Source of the DNA: an uncultured Desulfobacteraceae bacterium
Lineage (GTDB): Bacteria > Desulfobacterota > DSM-4660 > Desulfatiglandales > B25-G16
DNA length: 37,146 nt
Assembly (NCBI GenBank): GCA_964393665.1
Contig: CAYMVB010000311.1
Coordinates: forward strand, 1-37,146
Direction: 5' to 3'
The notes under the pieces were generated by a model that saw only the letters and a program-made list of their open reading frames with translations, searched no databases and had not been told where the DNA came from. Shown here piece by piece: positions 16,414 to 25,037 of the stretch. Position 1 is the first letter of the stretch; the number at the start of each line of letters is the position of its first letter. The position numbers and the translations under genes were made by a program.

Positions 16414-16441
16414 TTGACAATTATACATAGTATGATAAAAG
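16414..16441 (+). promoter_or_regulatory. Candidate sigma70 promoter for OFOR operon 1 (TTGACA-16 nt-TAAAAG with a TG at the extended -10 position)
   Basis: TTGACA at 16414-16419, TGaTAAAAG at 16432-16441. The -10 ends only 10 nt before the ATG at 16452, and no SD precedes that ATG. Confidence 0.25.
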
Positions 16442-16451
16442 TAATGCCACG

Positions 16452-16649
16452 ATGACAAAAAAGAAAAAAATGAAACCAAACATAAAAAGGGAATGGTGCA
16501 AAGGATGCGGCATATGTGCGGAATTCTGCCCGGAAGATGCATTAATTATGGATGAGATGGAAAAGGCTGTTCTTGCTTACCCAGACAAATGCACTGGGTG
16601 TATGTTGTGTGAGCTTCGCTGCCCAGACCTTGCAATCGAACTTGTATGA
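16452..16649 (+). CDS. 2-oxoacid:ferredoxin oxidoreductase, delta (2x[4Fe-4S] ferredoxin) subunit
   Basis: 65 aa with two CxxCxxCxxxCP motifs (CKGCGICAEFCP, CTGCMLCELRCP). First gene of a delta-alpha-beta-gamma set. Confidence 0.85.
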   Translation: MTKKKKMKPNIKREWCKGCGICAEFCPEDALIMDEMEKAVLAYPDKCTGCMLCELRCPDLAIELV

Positions 16650-16662
16650 GGTACGTAACCCA

Positions 16663-17811
16663 ATGAAAGACAATGTCGTATTTGTTCAGGGCAATGAAGC
16701 CATCGTAGAGGCTGCCCTTTATGCAGGTCTCAACTTTTTTGCAGGTTATCCCATTACCCCGTCTACAGAAATTGCGGAATTGCTATCTTTGAGGTTGCCA
16801 AAAAATGGGGGCAAATTTATCCAGATGGAGGATGAGCTATCCTCCATGTGTGCAATTATAGGGGCGTCTCTTACGGGAAAAAAATCAATGACCGCAACAA
16901 GCGGGCCAGGCTTTTCCCTAAAACAAGAGGCCATCGGCTTCGCCGTCATGACAGAAACACCCTCTGTGATAATAAATGTCCAGAGGGGTGGCCCTTCAAC
17001 AGGGTTGCCAACGAGTGGTAGCCAAGGTGATGTCATGCAGGCAAGATGGGGTACCCATGGAGAACATGCCATTATTACCATGACTGCATCTAATAATCAG
17101 GATGCATTTGCTGTAACGGTTGATGCCTTTAACCTTTCAGAGATTTTCAGAACACCGGTAATTTTACTTTTCGACGAAGTTGTTGCCCACACCAGAGAGA
17201 GGCTTGTCATACCAAAACCAGGCGAGATCAAGGTAATCCAGAGATTAAAAACATCTGTAAAGGAAGGAACTGATTATCATCCATATCTTCCCAGGGAGGA
17301 TGGCAGGCTTCCGATGTCTGATTTTGGAGGGGTCCATCGCTATAATGTTACTGGATTAGCTCATGATATGTGGGGATTTCCTACGACTGACTCAACAACA
17401 GTATACAATTTAATGCACCATTTGGTAGATAAAATACAGGGCCACACAAAAGAAATCGCCAGGACAAAAGAGTATTACCTGGATGACGCAGAGTGTTTAT
17501 TGATATCTTACGGATCATCGGCTCGAACAGCATTGCATGTTACAGAGGACAGGCGGCTTCGGGGAGAGAAGATTGGTCTACTTGAACTTCAAACTTTATG
17601 GCCCTTTCCTGCTGAAACAGTTAAAAAGAAATGTCTTAATGCAAGCTGTGTGATAGTGGTTGAGATGAACATGGGCCAGATAGTTCATGAGGTAAAAAAG
17701 GCTATTGATGAGCCAGAAAAGGTATTTCTTGCAAACCAAATCAATGGCAGCTTTATCAAACCGGCAGACGTCCTGAACATAATAAGAATAATTCAGGGGA
17801 GGGGAGCCTGA
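16663..17811 (+). CDS. 2-oxoacid:ferredoxin oxidoreductase, alpha subunit
   Basis: The ATG at 16663 is 11 nt after GAGG and gives MKDNVVFVQGNEAIVEAALYAGLNFFAGYPITPSTEI. The ORF-track start at 16552 overlaps the delta gene. Substrate cannot be determined from sequence. Confidence 0.9.
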   Translation: MKDNVVFVQGNEAIVEAALYAGLNFFAGYPITPSTEIAELLSLRLPKNGGKFIQMEDELSSMCAIIGASLTGKKSMTATSGPGFSLKQEAIGFAVMTETPSVIINVQRGGPSTGLPTSGSQGDVMQARWGTHGEHAIITMTASNNQDAFAVTVDAFNLSEIFRTPVILLFDEVVAHTRERLVIPKPGEIKVIQRLKTSVKEGTDYHPYLPREDGRLPMSDFGGVHRYNVTGLAHDMWGFPTTDSTTVYNLMHHLVDKIQGHTKEIARTKEYYLDDAECLLISYGSSARTALHVTEDRRLRGEKIGLLELQTLWPFPAETVKKKCLNASCVIVVEMNMGQIVHEVKKAIDEPEKVFLANQINGSFIKPADVLNIIRIIQGRGA

Positions 17812-17812
17812 T

Positions 17813-18616
17813 ATGGCTGTAAAAGATTATATTAGGGAAAAATTTTTTCCCCATATTTGGTGCCCGGGATGCGGCCACGGCATTATTATGGGTGGCTTAA
17901 TCAGGGCGATTGAAAACCTTCGAAAAGAAAAAAATGACATTGTTATTGTATCAGGAATAGGATGTTCTTCCAGAATATGTGGATATCTTGATTTTCATAC
18001 ACTCCACACCATACATGGAAGGGCATTAGCCTTTGCGACAGGAGTTAAGCTTAGCAGGCCGGAGCTAACAGTAATTGCACCAATGGGGGATGGTGATGCC
18101 TTTGCTATCGGCGGAAATCATCTTATCCATGCCGCAAGACGAAATATAGATATAACAGCAATTATTATGAATAATAATATTTATGGGATGACAGGAGGCC
18201 AGTACTCTCCCTCCACTGGGTATGGTGAATTCGCAACTACCGCCCCCTATAGCAATATTGACCATCCCTTTGATTTTGTAAAACTTGCCATAGGAGCTGG
18301 GGCATCCTTTGTAGCAAGGACTACAACATATCACGTAACCAGCATGATAAAAATTATTGAAAAGGCCATTGTGCATCACGGTTTCTCAGTCGTGGAAATT
18401 ATGTCTCAATGCCCTACCTATTTCGGTAGAAAAAATAGATTCGCCAGTGCAGTTGAAATGCTCAAATATTATAGAGACCATACAACCCCAATAGGAAGCA
18501 AAGATAAGAAAAGTAACCCGGATCTAATTGAAAGGGGGATTTTTATCGAAAAAGAGATGCCAGAGTATTGCGATGAGTATGATAAAATTATAAAAATGGC
18601 ATCTAAAGGGGAATAG
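17813..18616 (+). CDS. 2-oxoacid:ferredoxin oxidoreductase, beta (TPP-binding) subunit
   Basis: 267 aa. WCPGCGHG, GDGD..IGGNH, NNNIYGMTGGQ. Confidence 0.92.
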   Translation: MAVKDYIREKFFPHIWCPGCGHGIIMGGLIRAIENLRKEKNDIVIVSGIGCSSRICGYLDFHTLHTIHGRALAFATGVKLSRPELTVIAPMGDGDAFAIGGNHLIHAARRNIDITAIIMNNNIYGMTGGQYSPSTGYGEFATTAPYSNIDHPFDFVKLAIGAGASFVARTTTYHVTSMIKIIEKAIVHHGFSVVEIMSQCPTYFGRKNRFASAVEMLKYYRDHTTPIGSKDKKSNPDLIERGIFIEKEMPEYCDEYDKIIKMASKGE

Positions 18617-18619
18617 CAT

Positions 18620-19165
18620 ATGGAAAAGTGCAGAATTATATTCTCAGGTTCAGGTGGTCAGGGAATTATTACATCGGCTATTATTCTAGCAGAAGCAGCA
18701 ACGTTACATGAAGGCCTTAATGCTGTGCAATCACAAGCCTATGGCCCTGAGGCAAGGGGAGGATCGAGCCGCTCTGACGTAATAATTTCAGATAAAGAAA
18801 TACGCTACCCAAAGGTAATTGAGCCAAATATCCTGGTCTGCCTTACTCAGGCTGCGTACAATGAATTTGCATCTCTTATAAGGCCAGGCGGCATTCTATT
18901 AACTGATACATTCTTTGTAAAACACGAAAAAAAGGTTGATGCCATGCTGGTTGAATTAGATATGCACAGGGAGGTAATAAAAAAAATAGGCCGGCCAATT
19001 GTCTTTAATATATGTATGCTTGGGGCCTTTATCGCCATTACTAAGTTAGTTAAAGAGAGCTCAATCATGAAAGTGCTTGAGAAGAGAATACCCCATGGCT
19101 TTCTTGATATGAACAGAAATGCCTTAGAACTTGGAATTAACATGGCTCCGGACTTAGAATTATAA
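18620..19165 (+). CDS. 2-oxoacid:ferredoxin oxidoreductase, gamma subunit
   Basis: 181 aa. FSGSGGQGIITS, YGPEARGG. Confidence 0.9.
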   Translation: MEKCRIIFSGSGGQGIITSAIILAEAATLHEGLNAVQSQAYGPEARGGSSRSDVIISDKEIRYPKVIEPNILVCLTQAAYNEFASLIRPGGILLTDTFFVKHEKKVDAMLVELDMHREVIKKIGRPIVFNICMLGAFIAITKLVKESSIMKVLEKRIPHGFLDMNRNALELGINMAPDLEL

Positions 19166-19487
19166 AAATATCTCAATGAGTTGCTATTCCGCATTTAAAA
19201 TCCCCACACTAAAGGATCTATTTGATACAAATAAATAGATATGACCTAACCGTTGCTAATCCAGAAAAATTTTATCTGATAACCTCCTGTAAAAACGGTT
19301 CGGCTGATTGAATCAACCTTTATGGCTTGGGCAAGCAGGAAACATAACATAAGTTTATGCGTTATCTAACAGGTATATTTTAAACGCCATGTTGAGTAGT
19401 GAATTTTGATAACTTACTTTTAGGTTGGGAAATGAGGTAAAACAACTATTTCTTTGAGAAACTTATAACTATACACATGTTTCAATT

Positions 19488-20891
19488 ATGAATAATACAC
19501 AGATTGTAACAAGATTCCCGCCAAGCCCAACCGGCACTCTCCACATTGGAGGAGCGAGAACAGCCCTTTTTAATTGGCTCTTTGCCCGGCATAATAATGG
19601 AAAATTTGTTCTCAGAATCGAAGATACTGACAAGGTAAGGTCTACACAAAGCAATACAGAAGTTATTATAGAATCCATGAAATGGCTTGGCCTTGACTGG
19701 GATGAAGGTCCATATTTTCAGTCGCAAAGATCACAAATTTACGACGAATACATCCAGGAGCTTCTCTCCACGGGGAACGCATATTATTGCCATTGCAGCA
19801 AAGAAGAATTGGATAGAAAACGGGCGGAGGCATTGGCTAAAGGCCTTAAACCAAAATATGACGGCACATGCAGAAACCTTGGCCTTGGAAACACACCAGG
19901 CGCTGTCGTAAGGCTTAAGAGCCCTCTAACCGGTATAACGACATTTAAGGACCTTGTAAAGGGAGTTATCTCTATTGACAATAGTGAATTAGATGATCTT
20001 ATATTAAAGAGGTCCGATGGTTCTCTTACATATAATATGGCTGTAGTTGTAGATGATAGTTCGATGGGGATCAATTATGTCATCAGGGGTGATGATCATA
20101 TAAATAACACCCCGCGCCAGATCCTTATTTACAAGGCACTAAACAGGCCTATTCCAGAGTTTGCCCACCTTCCTATGATCCTTGGACCTGACAGAAAACC
20201 TCTCAGCAAACGACATGGGGCAACATCTGTCTTGGCCTTTAAAGAGATGGGGATCTTACCCGAGGCCTTATTGAATTCATTGGCCCGCCTTGGCTGGTCT
20301 TATGGTGACAAGGAAAAATTTTCCACACAAGAGCTCATAGAGCTTTTTTCTCTTGAGCACGTAGGCAAGGCCTCCGGAATTTTTAACGTAGAAAAATTGA
20401 TTGACCTTAATTCAAAATACATTATGGAGATGGATGGCAACAGGCTCGCCGATTCACTAACACCATTCCTTGAAGCACTTGGCTGCTCAAATCTTAGCAG
20501 AGAGAAGGTAAAAGGTGCCGCAATAACACTGCAAAAACGGTCTAAAACCCTTCTTGACATGGCAAATGATTCCCTCTTTTATTTTAAGGATATCACCTAT
20601 GATGAAAAAGCAGATGAAAAATTTCTCACAGCAGACTTGATAGACATCCTTGAAGCTTTGCTATCTGATCTTCAAGTCGCAATAGATTTCAGTCAAGCCG
20701 AGCTGGAGAAAATTTTCTTAAACTTCTTAGAAAAACATCAAATAAAACTCAAAAAAATTGCACAGCCACTAAGGATTTCCCTTACAGGAAAAACATTTAG
20801 TCCCGGAATATTTGAGATTATGGAGGTACTTGGAAAGGATATAGTTGTGAAAAGGCTCTCAGACGCAATTTCACATATAAAAAGTAAATAA
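19488..20891 (+). CDS. gltX: Glutamate--tRNA ligase
   Basis: 467 aa. RFPPSPTGTLHIGGARTALFNW (HIGH) and PLSKRHG (KMSKS-type). Confidence 0.96.
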   Translation: MNNTQIVTRFPPSPTGTLHIGGARTALFNWLFARHNNGKFVLRIEDTDKVRSTQSNTEVIIESMKWLGLDWDEGPYFQSQRSQIYDEYIQELLSTGNAYYCHCSKEELDRKRAEALAKGLKPKYDGTCRNLGLGNTPGAVVRLKSPLTGITTFKDLVKGVISIDNSELDDLILKRSDGSLTYNMAVVVDDSSMGINYVIRGDDHINNTPRQILIYKALNRPIPEFAHLPMILGPDRKPLSKRHGATSVLAFKEMGILPEALLNSLARLGWSYGDKEKFSTQELIELFSLEHVGKASGIFNVEKLIDLNSKYIMEMDGNRLADSLTPFLEALGCSNLSREKVKGAAITLQKRSKTLLDMANDSLFYFKDITYDEKADEKFLTADLIDILEALLSDLQVAIDFSQAELEKIFLNFLEKHQIKLKKIAQPLRISLTGKTFSPGIFEIMEVLGKDIVVKRLSDAISHIKSK

Positions 20892-20913
20892 ACAACGAAA
20901 GAAGGGGCGTGAT

Positions 20914-21690
20914 ATGAATTACGAAAGCATTCTCATAGATAAAAAGGATCATATAGGAATTATAAGCCTCAACAGGCCTGATCAGTTAAATACATTTGAT
21001 GTTGTCATGGCCAAGGAATTAAACCAGGCCCTTAATGAGATGGATCAGGATGATGAAACAAGGGTGGTTTTAATAAGAGGCAATGGAAGAGTTTTTTCAG
21101 CAGGAATAGACGTAAGTGTACTGCCTATGAAAAGTATCCTTGAATATAGACCCTGGATACAGAGGATGGAAAGGATGAATCTTACTATTTCGCATATGCT
21201 GAAGCCCGTTATTGTAGCTGCCCATGGCGTTGCCGCTGCCAACGGAGCTGGCCTTGTCGCCGCTGCAGATTTGGCTATCGTTGCCCAAGGCACCCGCATA
21301 GGCGCAACTGCTATTAATGTGGGTCTCTTCTGTATGGGCCCTGCCGTGCCTATTTCACGCTCCCTCGGTAAAAAACTTACCCTTGAATTGCTTTTTACCG
21401 GCGACTTTTTTGACGCAGAAAGGGCTGAGAAGATTGGCCTTGTTAATAAGGTTGTACCTCAGGAAAATCTTATGGATGAGGCAATAGTCTTAGCAGAAAA
21501 GCTTGCAGCCAAGAGCCCCATAGCCCTGCAAATGGGAAAGAAATTTTACTACACCATGTCTGATATGGAATTTGAGAAGGCCCTTGAGTATTCAAATGAA
21601 ATGTTTGTTGAGCTATGCACCACCGAGGATGCTTTAGAGGGTGTAAGATCTTTTCAGGAAAAAAGAAAACCCGAATGGAAGATGAGGTAG
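20914..21690 (+). CDS. Enoyl-CoA hydratase/isomerase (crotonase) family protein
   Basis: 258 aa. LNRPDQLNTF, VFSAGIDV, AAHGVAAANGAGL, and a C-terminal EGVRSFQEKRKPEWK. Confidence 0.92.
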   Translation: MNYESILIDKKDHIGIISLNRPDQLNTFDVVMAKELNQALNEMDQDDETRVVLIRGNGRVFSAGIDVSVLPMKSILEYRPWIQRMERMNLTISHMLKPVIVAAHGVAAANGAGLVAAADLAIVAQGTRIGATAINVGLFCMGPAVPISRSLGKKLTLELLFTGDFFDAERAEKIGLVNKVVPQENLMDEAIVLAEKLAAKSPIALQMGKKFYYTMSDMEFEKALEYSNEMFVELCTTEDALEGVRSFQEKRKPEWKMR

Positions 21691-21814
21691 CAAAGCTAGT
21701 AAGACAGGGGCTTTAAAACATTCTATGGTTCCATCGACTCAATAAAGCTGCTCACGGGGCGTATCTTCACCACAGGAAATGACGCATGACCTTTGCGGCA
21801 GAGAAAAGCTTATT

Positions 21815-21843
21815 CACCACAGAGTCACAGAGTTCACAGAGGG
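21815..21843. repeat. Short tandem repeat, 3 x (T)TCACAGAG
   Basis: CACAGAG at 21818-21824, 21826-21832 and 21835-21841. TTCACCACAG also occurs at 21766-21775. Confidence 0.8.
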
Positions 21844-21854
21844 CTTGTTTGTTA

Positions 21855-21879
21855 GCTCATAGGTCATAGCTCATAGTAG
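21855..21879. repeat. Heptanucleotide tandem repeat, 3 x NTCATAG
   Basis: TCATAG at 21857-21862, 21864-21869 and 21871-21876, with period 7. Confidence 0.8.
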
Positions 21880-21903
21880 CCGGGCAGATTGGTAAAAAAA
21901 TAA

Positions 21904-21985
21904 ACCCTGATGCCCCAGCAATTATAACTGAACTTGAAATTGGAAATTAGAAATTAGAAATTAGAAGCTGGAAACCTGAAACTCT
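21904..21985 (+). repeat. Repeat module A: ~30-nt head (ACCCTGATGCCCCAGCAATTATAACTGAAC) followed by ~8 heptamers including 3 perfect AAATTAG
   Basis: Head at 21904-21933. Heptamer phase from 21937: AAATTGG, AAATTAG x3 (21944-21964), AAGCTGG, AAACCTG, AAACTCT. Confidence 0.8.
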
Positions 21986-22225
21986 GGCCCCTGAGAACAC
22001 ATAGGGGCGAAGGGAAATCTCTTTTCGACCAGGCGCAACTCATTGAGCCCTTGTGTCTATACTGCATCTATGGTTTCAAGTCTATGCAAAGTAAGCAGAC
22101 CCGTCTATCTACTATGGTAGAGAAATGAGAGCATGAGGGTTAAAGCTTTCTCTAACAGGATACTTAGTGTTATCTGCACCCCCATGGTAATGATGGAGTA
22201 CTTGTGCGCCAGAGAAAAAAGATTT

Positions 22226-22315
22226 ACCCTGAGCCCAGGCAATTATCAGTAAACCTTAAACCTTGAACCTTGAACATAGAACCTTCAGCCTTCAACCTTC
22301 AGCCTTAAACATTAA
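22226..22315 (+). repeat. Repeat module B: ~29-nt head (ACCCTGAGCCCAGGCAATTATCAGTAAAC) followed by 9 heptamers ACCTTNA
   Basis: The head at 22226-22254 is about 80% identical to the module A head. Heptamers from 22253: ACCTTAA, ACCTTGA, ACCTTGA, ACATAGA, ACCTTCA, GCCTTCA, ACCTTCA, GCCTTAA, ACATTAA. Confidence 0.8.
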
Positions 22316-22376
22316 CCTGGATGTACCCTGAGGCCCACTGAAGCCTGACTGCTGGCCTCTAAGCCCTGAAAGCAGA

Positions 22377-23978
22377 TCAGGACACCAATTCCGAGGCTAC
22401 CAAATCCATATCTTTTAATGAGTCTTCAAAGAAATTTCCAGGAGACATGGCGTTCAACTTCTCCAATAGCGCAGGGTTTTCCCCTCTGCCCCCCCGCAGA
22501 ATCTTTAATGCATTTATATAAATCTTTTCCAGGGCCTCTCTTGCAAAAAGCCTTGATGCGGCAAGCATGAAATCATCTGAAAATGTCTTTTCTCTATCTT
22601 TCGAGACAGCCTTTTGACATAATGCATTAGATACCTCTGCCCATGTCATCATGTCTGCCAAAAGGAACATGAGGTATTGGGACTTCATAATCTTAATATT
22701 GCGGGAAACTGAAAGGAGTTCATTCAGAATTCGTAACGCCTCTGCAGCAACAGAGCCTCCGCTTTCCTCCCCTAACTTTGAAAGTGCATCTGCCATATCA
22801 CCATAATATGCACCCTTTGTGTGCAGGGTTGTCCTTAGCCTGAAGACTGAAATTATGCTCTGTTGAATTTCACTTGTTCCCTCAAATATTGTTGTTATCT
22901 TCACGTCCCTCTTTATCTTTTCTACCTCGTATTCCCTTATATAACCGTATCCTCCAAGGGCCTGGATGGCATCATTGGCCATTGCATCACCGACTTCAGT
23001 AGAAAAATATTTGGCAATAGACCCTTCAACATGTAAATCCTCTTCGCCTGAATCAATCCTTTTTGCCACTTCCTCAACATAAGCCCTGGCCCCTTCTAAT
23101 CTAACGGCATTGGGAACCAATAGCTTGTGAGTGTATCCCTGTTTTTCTGAAAGCGTGGTTCCGAATTGTACCCTCTCTTTGGCATAGGATATTACCTTTT
23201 CCAATGCCGACGAAGCCGCTGCAAGCCCAAAAGTAGCTACCATAAGTCTTGTGTAACCAAATACCTTGTTGGCCTGTTTTAAGCCGGTTCCCTCAATGCC
23301 CCCTACAAGACCTTCTGCTGGAATAAAGACATCCTCCAAGGTTAATGAGGCTGTATTCGAGGCCCTGATACCGTGTTTGTCTTCATGCTGTCCATAGACG
23401 AGTCCGTCTATTCCCCTTTCGGCGATAAAAAAGGAGGGACCCTCCGGGGTATCTGCAAGTATGGTATAAAGATCTGCCACTCCCCCATTTGTAATAAATT
23501 GTTTCTGCCCATTTAATTTATAGCCCTTAATCTTCCCCTCTCCATCAAGGACTCTCTCTGCCCTGGTCTTTAGGGCCTGTACATTTGAGCCTGCCTCCGG
23601 CTCAGTTACACCATAGCCAACTATAAGTCCCTCTTCCGCTATTCTCCTAATATACCTTTCTTTCTGCTCCTCCGTTCCATAAACTCTTATAGGGTCCATT
23701 CCCAGGCAAATTGCGAGAAATGAGGTGGCAACACCCATATCTATTTTTGCCATCTTTTCTGAAAGCACAGCAACCTGGGAAGCACCTGCACCTAAGCCTC
23801 CATACTGTTCTGGTATAAAAATCAAATGGAGACCGATATCAGGCCCAAGCATAAAGCGGATGAGATCTTCCGGAAAATCGCCCTTCAAATCCATCTCTAA
23901 TTTGCTCTCTAACTGAATCTTTTCTTTTTCTATCTTCTTGAGGGTATCAAGGACCATTGAAAACATTTCATTATCCAT
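22377..23978 (-). CDS. Acyl-CoA dehydrogenase family protein with a ~150-aa C-terminal extension
   Basis: 533 aa. GYGVTEPEAGSN, KQFITNGG, GGYGYIREYEVEKIKRDVKITTIFEGTSEIQ (catalytic Glu context). Last gene of the OFOR2-ACT-ACAD string. Confidence 0.9.
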   Translation of the reverse strand: MDNEMFSMVLDTLKKIEKEKIQLESKLEMDLKGDFPEDLIRFMLGPDIGLHLIFIPEQYGGLGAGASQVAVLSEKMAKIDMGVATSFLAICLGMDPIRVYGTEEQKERYIRRIAEEGLIVGYGVTEPEAGSNVQALKTRAERVLDGEGKIKGYKLNGQKQFITNGGVADLYTILADTPEGPSFFIAERGIDGLVYGQHEDKHGIRASNTASLTLEDVFIPAEGLVGGIEGTGLKQANKVFGYTRLMVATFGLAAASSALEKVISYAKERVQFGTTLSEKQGYTHKLLVPNAVRLEGARAYVEEVAKRIDSGEEDLHVEGSIAKYFSTEVGDAMANDAIQALGGYGYIREYEVEKIKRDVKITTIFEGTSEIQQSIISVFRLRTTLHTKGAYYGDMADALSKLGEESGGSVAAEALRILNELLSVSRNIKIMKSQYLMFLLADMMTWAEVSNALCQKAVSKDREKTFSDDFMLAASRLFAREALEKIYINALKILRGGRGENPALLEKLNAMSPGNFFEDSLKDMDLVASELVS

Positions 23979-24039
23979 AACTATCTCATTTTTGATTTTA
24001 ATTCAGAAGTTAATGTCCATTCTAATCGAGGCAACGAAC

Positions 24040-24480
24040 TTATATTCTGTAAAGTTCTTCCTCTAAAACCCTAATCCAATTCTCCTTAAAAAGGGAGACA
24101 GTTTTTTCCTTATCCTTCTGCGCTACACCTACAATGAGTATAGCAGACCTCCTTGACTCTAAGCTTGAGAGACACGGATATATGTAGTCAATATTAATCC
24201 CTTCTTTTTTCAAGGGCTTTAATATAGAATTGAGTCCTCCCGGGTGATTAGGTACCTCACAGGCTATAACATCTCCAACATCCATCTTATATCCCCTTGC
24301 CTTGAGCACAAGTATAGCCTTCTCCGGGCTATCAACGATAAGCCTAAAGCTTACCTCTTCCCCTTTTGTGCTGGCATAAAAGGCGATTATGTTAATTCCA
24401 TTAGAGCCTAAAAGATCGCTAACCACTGACAGTTGTCCAGGTCTGTTTTCTAAATTTAAATCAATCTCTTTTAAAGGCAT
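24040..24480 (-). CDS. Tandem ACT-domain (amino-acid-binding) protein
   Basis: 146 aa with two ACT-like repeats (NRPGQLSVVSDLLGSNGINI and NHPGGLNSILKPLKKEGINI). The start is 2 nt after the stop of the gamma subunit gene. Confidence 0.85.
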   Translation of the reverse strand: MPLKEIDLNLENRPGQLSVVSDLLGSNGINIIAFYASTKGEEVSFRLIVDSPEKAILVLKARGYKMDVGDVIACEVPNHPGGLNSILKPLKKEGINIDYIYPCLSSLESRRSAILIVGVAQKDKEKTVSLFKENWIRVLEEELYRI

Positions 24481-24482
24481 CC

Positions 24483-25028
24483 CTACGCTCCTTTCAAGAC
24501 GTATTGCTCTCCTATTTCCAGCCCCTTTCTGTTGATCTCCATACGGCTTGCATTCTTTGCCTTTACAACCTCAATTAAGCCATTCATTAAGGAGTCAATG
24601 CTGATAATTTTTATTTTGGCAATATATGCCCCTAACATAATCATATTCATAGATTTTTCATTTCCAAGTTCTTTGGCCATTGTTATTGCAGGTATCCTAA
24701 GAATTTCAATATCATCCCTAACCGGTTCTAAATCAACAAGGTCTGAGTTAACTAATAAGGTGCCCCCGGGCTTAATATGTCCCTCATATTTTACGAGTGA
24801 TGGCTTATTAAATGCGACAACGTAATCAGGGGATGATGCAACCGGCGAGGCTATCTCTTCATCTGAAATAGAAACCGTGCAATTAGCTGTCCCGCCTCTC
24901 ACCTCTGCACCGTATGCAGGCAAATAGGTTACATCCATACCTTCCCGCATAGCGGATACTGCCATCACATATCCTATCATTAATACCCCTTGGCCGCCGA
25001 AACCTGAAAAAATAGTTTTTATAAGCAT
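24483..25028 (-). CDS. 2-oxoacid:ferredoxin oxidoreductase, gamma subunit (paralog set 2)
   Basis: 181 aa. FSGFGGQGVLM, YGAEVRGG. By eye it is only distantly similar to the 18620..19165 copy. Confidence 0.9.
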   Translation of the reverse strand: MLIKTIFSGFGGQGVLMIGYVMAVSAMREGMDVTYLPAYGAEVRGGTANCTVSISDEEIASPVASSPDYVVAFNKPSLVKYEGHIKPGGTLLVNSDLVDLEPVRDDIEILRIPAITMAKELGNEKSMNMIMLGAYIAKIKIISIDSLMNGLIEVVKAKNASRMEINRKGLEIGEQYVLKGA

Positions 25029-25037
25029 AATATCACG

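Noticed and set aside
21779-22252. Two small ORFs in the repeat region sharing LC(G/A)REK (21779..21862, MTHDLCGREKLIHHRVTEFTEGLFVSS; 22184..22252, MVMMEYLCAREKRFTLSPGNYQ)
   Set aside because: The shared peptide only reflects the shared DNA repeat GC(G/C)CAGAGAAAA. Neither ORF has a usable SD, and both run into tandem repeats. They are most likely not translated.
21930-22315. Whether the tandem arrays are a CRISPR locus
   Set aside because: The repeat units are 7 nt and directly tandem with no spacers. No 24-48 nt repeat/spacer periodicity is present and there are no cas genes.
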